This document shows, in pieces, positions 1-6,878 of a stretch of 32,000 nt of DNA. The stretch comes from Candidatus Nanopusillus sp. (GTDB lineage Archaea > Nanobdellota > Nanobdellia > Nanobdellales > Nanobdellaceae): the NCBI GenBank assembly GCA_046533775.1, contig JAWDOO010000004.1:1-32000 (forward strand), written 5' to 3'. The position numbers were made by a program, and so were the translations under genes. Under the pieces are notes generated by a model. The model saw nothing but the letters and a program-made list of their open reading frames with translations, was not told the DNA's origin and did no database searches. Numbering within the stretch: position 1 is the first letter of the stretch; each line of letters begins with the position of its first letter.

Positions 1-92
1 TATTTCTTACTATTTACAAATATATGACCACATAATGGACATTTATATATTTCCCTTCCATTTCTATCAATTTTTCTTATAGCATGCAGCAT
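1..92 (-). CDS. Partial small ORF (5' part only), possible zinc-ribbon protein
   Basis: ATG at 92 on the minus strand, with the frame open to the window edge: MLHAIRKIDRNGREIYKCPLCGHIFVNSKK... Only one CxxC pair is visible. It is not in the ORF track because the window truncates it. Confidence 0.25.
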   Translation of the reverse strand, partial: MLHAIRKIDRNGREIYKCPLCGHIFVNSKK

Positions 93-122
93 TTTTTATA
101 TATTTATAATAACCTTTAAAAA

Positions 123-797
123 TTATTTATTTTGAATTAAAAACATTGCATGATCAATATGATATGGTTCCAATCTTACTTCTTTTATTATCTTTAATCC
201 ATAGTCTTCTAATTCCTTTCTTACTTCCTTAAATATTTCTTTTGGATCTTTTGATACATCAATTGATCTTGCTTTTACTGCTAAAAATCCATATCCTTTA
301 TTCTTTAAATAATATTCAATATTTTTAATAAATATTCTTACCTGATGTGGTTGTGCAACATCCTGATATATTAAATCAACCTTTGTAACAATATGTAAAT
401 ATTCCCATGGCTTATCAGCATCTGCCAATATTCCAATAATATTCTTTCTATCATATAATATTGGAACAAGATCTCTTAATATCCTTGAAGAAATATCTAC
501 ACCAAATATTATTCCATTTTTATCAATTATATCTGAAATATGAGATGCTGTTGTACCTGATGCAATACCTAAATATAATATTTTATCACCTTTATTAATT
601 GGTACTTCTCCAATATTTTTCTTAATTGCCGCTGCCAATTTAGATCTATTTGTAATCCATTCCCTATATTCTTCATTATTATATTTTACCAATCTTTCTT
701 CATATACAATTTTTCCAGGTACCAAATTCTTTGTATATAATCTTCCTTTTTCATCAATAAATATATTCTTATTTTCTTTTAATGGTTTTAATTTCAT
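123..797 (-). CDS. flpA: Fibrillarin, C/D box sRNP 2'-O-methyltransferase
   Basis: 224 aa. Fibrillarin-type SAM-binding stretch KILYLGIASGTTASHISDI. A 4-nt ATGA overlap joins it to the upstream Nop5 gene, its canonical partner. Confidence 0.95.
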   Translation of the reverse strand: MKLKPLKENKNIFIDEKGRLYTKNLVPGKIVYEERLVKYNNEEYREWITNRSKLAAAIKKNIGEVPINKGDKILYLGIASGTTASHISDIIDKNGIIFGVDISSRILRDLVPILYDRKNIIGILADADKPWEYLHIVTKVDLIYQDVAQPHQVRIFIKNIEYYLKNKGYGFLAVKARSIDVSKDPKEIFKEVRKELEDYGLKIIKEVRLEPYHIDHAMFLIQNK

Positions 798-1777
798 TTT
801 TCAGATAATTCTTTAAATCTTTTATCCAATTCTTCCTTCAATTTTGGATATATTATTTTTCCATTTAGATCTGCTTTTACTGCAATAGATATTTTTGATG
901 CTAAGGTTCTGGCCATTGCCCCCCTTCTTTTTGGAGGTAATTTTTGTAAATATGGATGATTAAATATTACACCATGTTTTGGTGGTTTTATACCTTTAGA
1001 TAAATGTAAAAATAATGCTTTTTCTGCACCTAAAACTTGTATTGTTGAGGAAGGTAATAATGATAATTCTTTCAATCCGCCAGCTAATAATATTAATCTT
1101 GCACCTATTTTTGGAGTAGCAATTTCAGACAAATTTGGAGCAATTTCTTTCATCAATTTCTCAATATAATTTTCTAAATCTTTTCTTAAATCATAAATTT
1201 CTTTTATTTTTAATGATATTTCATTCATTATTTCCAAATCTTCTTTTTCAAATATTTTTCCACCCATTGTTTTATTAATATTATATTTTTTCATTAATTC
1301 TTCCCTATTTGAATTTATAATTGTCCTTATAAATTTCTCATGATCCTCAATTTCTTGTGAAATTTCTGGAAAATATAATCCATACCATTCCCTAAATCTT
1401 TCCATAAATAAATTCAAGGATTTATTTAAATCATCAAGGAAACTTATTGCCTGTATTATTATTTCATCCCTACTTATAGAATCTGATATTTGTTCTTTTA
1501 ATAGATCAATAAATAATTTATTATTAATTTTTTCTTCCCCAATTTTTTCTAATGCCTTTCTTATTATACTTATATCTTCAGTATATTTATATCCATCAAA
1601 TCTTTGTCCAATAAAAATATCATTTTCTTTTATATAATTTTTTACCTTTTCAGGTAATTTATTTTTATATATTTCCTTTAAATCATCCAAATTTAATTCT
1701 AAATCAATTTTTTGAAATTTTTCCAAATTATCATCAAATATATATAATCCATTATATCTTAATAATATATAACTCAT
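794..1777 (-). CDS. nop5: Nop5 (Nop56/58) C/D box sRNP scaffold protein
   Basis: 327 aa. Nop-domain motifs LGAEKALFLHL, KHGVIFNHP and RGAMARTLASKISIA. It lies directly upstream of fibrillarin. Confidence 0.9.
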   Translation of the reverse strand: MSYILLRYNGLYIFDDNLEKFQKIDLELNLDDLKEIYKNKLPEKVKNYIKENDIFIGQRFDGYKYTEDISIIRKALEKIGEEKINNKLFIDLLKEQISDSISRDEIIIQAISFLDDLNKSLNLFMERFREWYGLYFPEISQEIEDHEKFIRTIINSNREELMKKYNINKTMGGKIFEKEDLEIMNEISLKIKEIYDLRKDLENYIEKLMKEIAPNLSEIATPKIGARLILLAGGLKELSLLPSSTIQVLGAEKALFLHLSKGIKPPKHGVIFNHPYLQKLPPKRRGAMARTLASKISIAVKADLNGKIIYPKLKEELDKRFKELSEK

Positions 1778-2088
1778 TTTAGTATCTTTAATGATATTCT
1801 AAATCCTTTTGATGGAATTTGCATATTTATAAAGTAATTTTTGAAAAATCTTTCATCATTTGCAACATCTAAAAATCTTCTATATATTCTTATTTGATAT
1901 GTTTCATATATTTTTGTACCTCTCTTTCCCAATGTTCTCATAGTTGGTACTCTAATTATTTTTGTTGGTAAATTAACAGGACCTCTCTTTTCAATACCCA
2001 ATTGTTCAATTATTTTTAACAATTGATTAGTAAACTGATTCATTGTTTTTAAATCTGTTCCCCACATTTTAATCCTTATCATGGACAT
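1774..2088 (-). CDS. rps10: 30S ribosomal protein S10 (uS10)
   Basis: 104 aa. Archaeal uS10 pattern: IRIKMWGTD, RGPVNLPTK, IRIYRRFLDVANDER. A 4-nt overlap joins it to nop5. Confidence 0.85.
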   Translation of the reverse strand: MSMIRIKMWGTDLKTMNQFTNQLLKIIEQLGIEKRGPVNLPTKIIRVPTMRTLGKRGTKIYETYQIRIYRRFLDVANDERFFKNYFINMQIPSKGFRISLKILK

Positions 2089-2112
2089 AAATTCATAATA
2101 TATATTATATTT

Positions 2113-3993
2113 TTAAATACTTTCTACAGGTTCAATTTTTAATATATAGAATATTTTATCTAATATTTCTTTTGTTAAATATACTAGGAATAATCTATGT
2201 GGATATTTATCTTTATAATTTAATATTGGAACATTTTGATAAAATTCATTAAATGATCTAACTAAATCTATTAAATATCTATATAAATGATTTAATTCTA
2301 ATGATTTTTCAATATCATAAATTATATCTTTAAACTTAAATAAATTAATAATTAATTTTTCTTCATATTTATTTAATTCATTTATTTCAAATTCCTCAGG
2401 TATTTTATCAGCTTTATTTAATAATGATTTTATCCTTGCATATGTATATAAAAAATATATTGCATTCCCCTCTTCCAAATTTAACATTTTATCAATATCA
2501 AACAATATTGTTGTATTTCTATCATATTTTAACATTTCCAATGATATAAAACTCTTTACTATTTTTTCAGAAGTTTCTTTATCTTTAAATTTATCATATG
2601 CAATATTATATAATTTCTCATATAAATCATCAACATTTATATAAAATCCTTTTCTTCCAGACATTTTTATATCCTCATTTATTCCAAATATTTTTGCAGT
2701 ATTTCTATGCAATCTAACCAACCCATATCCATAATATATATATTTAGAATTTTTATCAATTTCCTCAATTATTTTTTTTACCATTAATTGATTATGCATT
2801 TGTTCCATTCCAATTACATTTATTGAAATTTTACATGGTTCAATTTCTTTTCCCTCATCATTTATTTCATATATATATTCCCCATTTGGTTGTTTTATAT
2901 ATTCTTTAAATTTAATATTTGATTTAATTATACCATGTTTCCACATTGCATATGCAATATCTTTTGCAATATATGTAGTAGTTCCATTTGATCTTACAAG
3001 AACTTTTTCTTTATTAGAATATGCTTTATATATATCTTCCCACCTTGTTAAATCTAAAGAAATTGTATCATCCTTTTTTATCATTTTATTTTCTTCCAAT
3101 ATTTTTAATGCATTATCAAATAATTTATATTTTAATATATCAGATTCTCTAATTATTATATTAAAATATATATTAAATCTCCACAATGTATTTAATTGTT
3201 CAAATAAAATTCTTTCAGATATTCTTTTAGATAAATAATATACTTCATTATTACCTTCCTCAATCATCTTTATAATATTATATTTATATTTTTCTAATTC
3301 TGGAATTATTTCATACAATTTATTAACTATTACATATATAAAATCTCCATAATAATGATCAAATTTTTCAGGTACTTCGTATCCATATAAACTTTTCAAT
3401 ATATTCATTCTTTCCAAAAATATTTTCCTAATTTTTTCTTCATATTCTTCTTTATACAAATTTTCTTTTATTAAAAATTCTTTAATATTATTTATTACTT
3501 TTTCTAAATTGAAATCCTTTGGTTCTTCAGGTATTTTTAAATAATATATTCCAACAATATTATCACTAACCTGTACCCCCGTATCATCTATATAATTTAT
3601 TACATATATATCATAATTTAATGTTTTAAATAATCTATACAAAGAATCTCCAATTATTGAATTCCTTAAATGACCTATATGTAATGCTTTATTTGGATTT
3701 GCAGATGTATGCTCTAAAAATATTCTAATATTCTTTTTTTCAAAATCAAACAATTTTTTATAATTTTCCAATAATTTTCCTTTATTTAATTTAATATTTA
3801 AATATCCATTCATAAATTTATAATCCAAAACAAATTCTCTTATTTTTTCAATTATATCATTTACCAATATATTTGGGTCTTTTCCTTTTTTAATTTCTTT
3901 GAATAATTTAATTGATATATCATAATCTAAATTTTTGGGAGGTTCAGAAAATTCTATATCATAATCCTTTAATTTTTCTCTTATTATCCACAT
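2113..3993 (-). CDS. argS: Arginyl-tRNA synthetase
   Basis: 626 aa. HTSANPNKALHIGHLRNSIIGD carries the HIGH motif in ArgRS context, and MSGRKG sits where ArgRS has its KMSKS-equivalent. Confidence 0.93.
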   Translation of the reverse strand: MWIIREKLKDYDIEFSEPPKNLDYDISIKLFKEIKKGKDPNILVNDIIEKIREFVLDYKFMNGYLNIKLNKGKLLENYKKLFDFEKKNIRIFLEHTSANPNKALHIGHLRNSIIGDSLYRLFKTLNYDIYVINYIDDTGVQVSDNIVGIYYLKIPEEPKDFNLEKVINNIKEFLIKENLYKEEYEEKIRKIFLERMNILKSLYGYEVPEKFDHYYGDFIYVIVNKLYEIIPELEKYKYNIIKMIEEGNNEVYYLSKRISERILFEQLNTLWRFNIYFNIIIRESDILKYKLFDNALKILEENKMIKKDDTISLDLTRWEDIYKAYSNKEKVLVRSNGTTTYIAKDIAYAMWKHGIIKSNIKFKEYIKQPNGEYIYEINDEGKEIEPCKISINVIGMEQMHNQLMVKKIIEEIDKNSKYIYYGYGLVRLHRNTAKIFGINEDIKMSGRKGFYINVDDLYEKLYNIAYDKFKDKETSEKIVKSFISLEMLKYDRNTTILFDIDKMLNLEEGNAIYFLYTYARIKSLLNKADKIPEEFEINELNKYEEKLIINLFKFKDIIYDIEKSLELNHLYRYLIDLVRSFNEFYQNVPILNYKDKYPHRLFLVYLTKEILDKIFYILKIEPVESI

Positions 3994-4044
3994 AAAATTG
4001 ATTTTTATAAAAAGTTTAAAAATATGGCAATTGCATAAAAATTT

Positions 4045-4251
4045 ATGGTAAGAAAAGGTCAGTCACTATCAATTAATACACTAATTATACTAATAATAGC
4101 ACTTGTTGTTTTAATCATTATAATATTATTTTTTACGGGTACATTTTCTAAAGGAGCAACTGGAGCAAATAATGTATTAAATCCTGCAATAAATCAAACA
4201 AATCAGACAGGTCAATTAATTAATAATTTATCAACACAATTAAGTAGTTAA
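4045..4251 (+). CDS. Small prepilin-like protein (class III signal peptide-like N-terminus)
   Basis: 68 aa. MVRKG|QS is followed by an uninterrupted hydrophobic helix (INTLIILIIALVVLIIIILFF). The polar N/Q/S/T tail holds three N-x-S/T sequons (NQT, NQT, NLS). Confidence 0.55.
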   Translation: MVRKGQSLSINTLIILIIALVVLIIIILFFTGTFSKGATGANNVLNPAINQTNQTGQLINNLSTQLSS

Positions 4252-4261
4252 TATTACAAAA

Positions 4262-4450
4262 ATGAAAGGATCTGAGGCTATAAGTTTTATAATTTTTTTA
4301 ATAATTGGACTTATCGTTTTGATAGCTGCTATAATTTTTGTAGCACCACAAACCTTTAAAATAATGTCGTCTCAACAAAATTTATCAAATACATCAAATA
4401 ATATTTTAAATCAGACATTTAGCAATATATCGAATATATCAAATTTATAA
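4262..4450 (+). CDS. Small prepilin-like protein, tandem paralog
   Basis: 62 aa. MKG|SEA, then the hydrophobic helix ISFIIFLIIGLIVLIAAIIFV. The tail holds five N-x-S/T sequons (NLS, NTS, NQT, NIS, NIS). It starts 10 nt after the previous gene. Confidence 0.55.
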   Translation: MKGSEAISFIIFLIIGLIVLIAAIIFVAPQTFKIMSSQQNLSNTSNNILNQTFSNISNISNL

Positions 4451-4464
4451 TTTTATTTCGGTCT

Positions 4465-4535
4465 TGGGCCCGGGGGGATTCGAACCCCCGTCAATGGGTC
4501 TGGAGCCCACCGTCCTGCCACTAGACTACGGGCCC
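4465..4535 (-). tRNA. tRNA-Trp (anticodon CCA), no intron
   Basis: Folded by hand: acceptor GGGCCCG/CGGGCCC, D stem GTCT/GGAC, anticodon stem GTGGG/CCCAT, loop CTCCAGA, T arm GGGGG-TTCGAAT-CCCCC, discriminator A. It forms a GC-rich island in AT-rich DNA. Confidence 0.9.
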
Positions 4536-4840
4536 TAAAATTCTTCCTCAATTTTTAAATATCCTTTCTTTTTTAACCATTCAACTTCTGAATCTGTATA
4601 TGAATATAATATATCTCCTTTTTTATCAGATTGCAATTCCCATGGTTCCACTAATACATATGTACCCTTCTTTAACCATATATTCCTGTGCATTTTCTTA
4701 TTTTGAGGTACTCTACATATTCTTGTTTTTCCATCAAAACATCTCACTTTTGCATGCGCCCAACCAACGACCTCTTCAATTATTCCTATAACCTGTTTAT
4801 CTTTTGGAACAGGAATTCCTTCTTCTTCGAAAAGAGGCAT
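4535..4840 (-). CDS. eif1a: Translation initiation factor aIF-1A
   Basis: 101 aa. S1/OB-type aIF1A pattern: GWAHAKVRCFDGKTRICRVPQNKKMHRNIWLKKGTYVLVEPW. Confidence 0.9.
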   Translation of the reverse strand: MPLFEEEGIPVPKDKQVIGIIEEVVGWAHAKVRCFDGKTRICRVPQNKKMHRNIWLKKGTYVLVEPWELQSDKKGDILYSYTDSEVEWLKKKGYLKIEEEF

Positions 4841-4872
4841 TTAAAAAATATTATAAATTAAACATTAATAAA

Positions 4873-5001
4873 TTACCATTCCTCCTCCATATCCCAATCT
4901 TCATCCCAATCCCAATCTTCTTCTCCTTCTTCCCAATCTTCACCCTCTTCAGGTTCCATCCTTAGTTCTCTTAATCTTCTTTTTAGATCTTCCCAATCCA
5001 T
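4873..5001 (-). CDS. Unannotated 42-aa acidic, tryptophan-rich micro-protein (hypothetical)
   Basis: My translation: MDWEDLKRRLRELRMEPEEGEDWEEGEEDWDWDEDWDMEEEW*, from ATG at 5001 to TAA at 4873-4875. It has the same orientation as both neighbours and is built from a repeated CCCAATCTTC unit on the plus strand. It is too short for the ORF track. Confidence 0.4.
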   Translation of the reverse strand: MDWEDLKRRLRELRMEPEEGEDWEEGEEDWDWDEDWDMEEEW

Positions 5002-5037
5002 ACCCTTTTATTATTATGTAAACTTTTATAAGGTTTT

Positions 5038-5553
5038 CTATGTATCTTCATCATTCCTTAGTAATATTGTTACAATATATTTTCTATTCCCCTTTTCTTT
5101 ATCATAGCCAAATAATTTTTTACTTAATTTTACTTCTCCATATTTTTTTAATATATTATAATAGCTTTTTACCCTATTTTTTCCAACATATAAATATATA
5201 TCAATATCATTTTCATTTATTTCATCCACTTTTTTTATTATATCTTTATTTTTCTTTGCTATTTTTAATATTTCATCTTCAATATTTTTATTATATCCCC
5301 TTATTTGCAAGATTAAATTTGCTTTTTTACTTAAACCTTTACATCTTGGACAAATAGTATATTCATATTCAAAATTATCTATATCAAAATTATTATACCA
5401 TTTATTATGGTATTTTATCCTTCCACAATATTTACATATATATACTTTTTCCCTTTTTTCTTCCTTTTTATTTATTTTTAAATAACAATCATAACATAAT
5501 CCATCATATAATTTTTCAACTTCTCTTCCACATGATGGACAAATTCTTTTCAT
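5038..5553 (-). CDS. NMD3-like zinc-binding protein, short form
   Basis: 171 aa. Four Cys pairs in NMD3-like order: CPSCG...GLCYDC, CKYCG and CPRC. This is about half the length I recall for archaeal NMD3 homologs. Confidence 0.5.
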   Translation of the reverse strand: MKRICPSCGREVEKLYDGLCYDCYLKINKKEEKREKVYICKYCGRIKYHNKWYNNFDIDNFEYEYTICPRCKGLSKKANLILQIRGYNKNIEDEILKIAKKNKDIIKKVDEINENDIDIYLYVGKNRVKSYYNILKKYGEVKLSKKLFGYDKEKGNRKYIVTILLRNDEDT

Positions 5554-5837
5554 AAATAAATGACAAAAGTATATGGTATCCCAGCAATTCTTTTAATATC
5601 CTTTTCCTCAATTATTTTTTTCTCTTTTAATATATTTATAGATTCTTCCCCAACAGCATATATAAAATATATATCTTCAAAATCTTTTTCATCAACTTTT
5701 TCCTTTTCCTCTCCCTTAAAAAATTCATTTAATTCTAATACAAATTCCCCTTCCTCAAATCTTTTTCCATATAAATTTTTATCACATAAAACTAATGCAT
5801 ATCCATAATTATCTTTATACTTTTTTACTAATATCAT
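5550..5837 (-). CDS. DUF424-like small conserved archaeal protein
   Basis: 95 aa. The pattern ALVLCDKNLYGKRFEEGEFVLEL...FFKGEE...GIPYTFVIYL resembles the DUF424 family, which commonly neighbours aIF2-beta. It overlaps both neighbours by 4 nt. Confidence 0.55.
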   Translation of the reverse strand: MILVKKYKDNYGYALVLCDKNLYGKRFEEGEFVLELNEFFKGEEKEKVDEKDFEDIYFIYAVGEESINILKEKKIIEEKDIKRIAGIPYTFVIYL

Positions 5838-6262
5838 TTTAATTTATATATTACAGGACTTTCTGCACCACAAGCTAAACATTTAATAATATATACCCTT
5901 TCTTTCTTTTCCAATCTTGTATCCAATTTTTTACATATTGGACATCTAACAAATATATCTATAAATTTATCTATCTTTGCTTTTATTTTATCAAATTCTA
6001 TCTTTTTTTGTAATATTATTTTTTTATCTTCAATTTTTGATGCAACACTAAATTCCTTTTGTAAAAATTCTGCTAATAAATTTATATCTCTATTTATTAT
6101 ATCACATATTGTCCCTGCATTTTCTATAGATGTCCATTTTCCAACATAATTTATTTTTGGTAATGGTATATTTATTGATCCTAAGGTAGATCGATTTAGA
6201 ACTTTCATATTACTCAATTTCTTATATGCTTCATCTAACATTTCTTCATACGTCGGTATCAT
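5834..6262 (-). CDS. eif2b: Translation initiation factor aIF-2 beta subunit
   Basis: 142 aa. C-terminal eIF2-beta/eIF5-type zinc ribbon VRCPICKKLDTRLEKKERVYIIKCLACGA. Confidence 0.88.
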   Translation of the reverse strand: MIPTYEEMLDEAYKKLSNMKVLNRSTLGSINIPLPKINYVGKWTSIENAGTICDIINRDINLLAEFLQKEFSVASKIEDKKIILQKKIEFDKIKAKIDKFIDIFVRCPICKKLDTRLEKKERVYIIKCLACGAESPVIYKLK

Positions 6263-6876
6263 ATAACTTTATATTTTTCTGGTGAAGATTCATAAATCTC
6301 TCCAGATGATAATAGATCCATTATAATATTTGATAACTTTTCCTCACTTATATTAAAGAAATTTTCTATATCTTTTAAAGATACTCCATCACCTTTATCA
6401 TTATTTCTTATAAATTCTAAAATTTGCTTTCTTAACTTTACCTCTTCAGACAATTCTTCTTCATATTCTTCCTTATATATTTCTTCTTTTACTTCTTTTT
6501 CTTTCAAATTATTATTCTCATTACTATCTTTTTCTTCCATTCTATTTTCTTTATTATTTTTCTTTATATTCTTTTTTATTTTTTTAATGAAAAATTTTCT
6601 CCATAAAATTTCATCATCCCCATTTAATATACTTAAATATCTTGCAATTACAGAAAAATTATTATTATATTCTGAAACATTTCCCAAAATTAATAAGGTA
6701 TCAAATAATTTAATATTATAAACATCAAATAGAACAACATCAAAAAATCCAAATGTATCCAATAATTTTAACCTTATTACTTTCTTTTCTTCCTGAATAT
6801 CTATTACTTTTCCAATTAAACAAACTTTCTTATCTTTATAATTCTTTAAATCTTTTGAAAATATTGGTAAATACAT
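6259..6876 (-). CDS. RPA32/Stn1-like protein: OB fold, acidic linker, C-terminal winged helix
   Basis: 205 aa. OB pattern VCLIGKVIDIQ...LLDTFGFFDVVLFD...LLILGNVSEYNNNFSVIARYLSIL..DDE, then a K/E-rich linker. The C-terminal tail DGVSLKDIENFFNISEEKLSNIIMDLLSSGEIYESSPEKYKVI resembles a winged helix. The gene starts 3 nt after the MCM stop. Confidence 0.5.
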   Translation of the reverse strand: MYLPIFSKDLKNYKDKKVCLIGKVIDIQEEKKVIRLKLLDTFGFFDVVLFDVYNIKLFDTLLILGNVSEYNNNFSVIARYLSILNGDDEILWRKFFIKKIKKNIKKNNKENRMEEKDSNENNNLKEKEVKEEIYKEEYEEELSEEVKLRKQILEFIRNNDKGDGVSLKDIENFFNISEEKLSNIIMDLLSSGEIYESSPEKYKVI

Positions 6877-6878
6877 AT

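Noticed and set aside
4600-4791. 63-aa ORF on the plus strand.
   Set aside because: It lies entirely antisense to the well-supported aIF1A gene. Its low-complexity L/F/I/Y composition is typical of shadow frames in AT-rich DNA.
5040-5808. ORFs 5040..5357 (+) and 5560..5808 (+).
   Set aside because: They are antisense shadows of the NMD3-like and DUF424 genes, F/L/Y/S-rich with no recognisable motifs.
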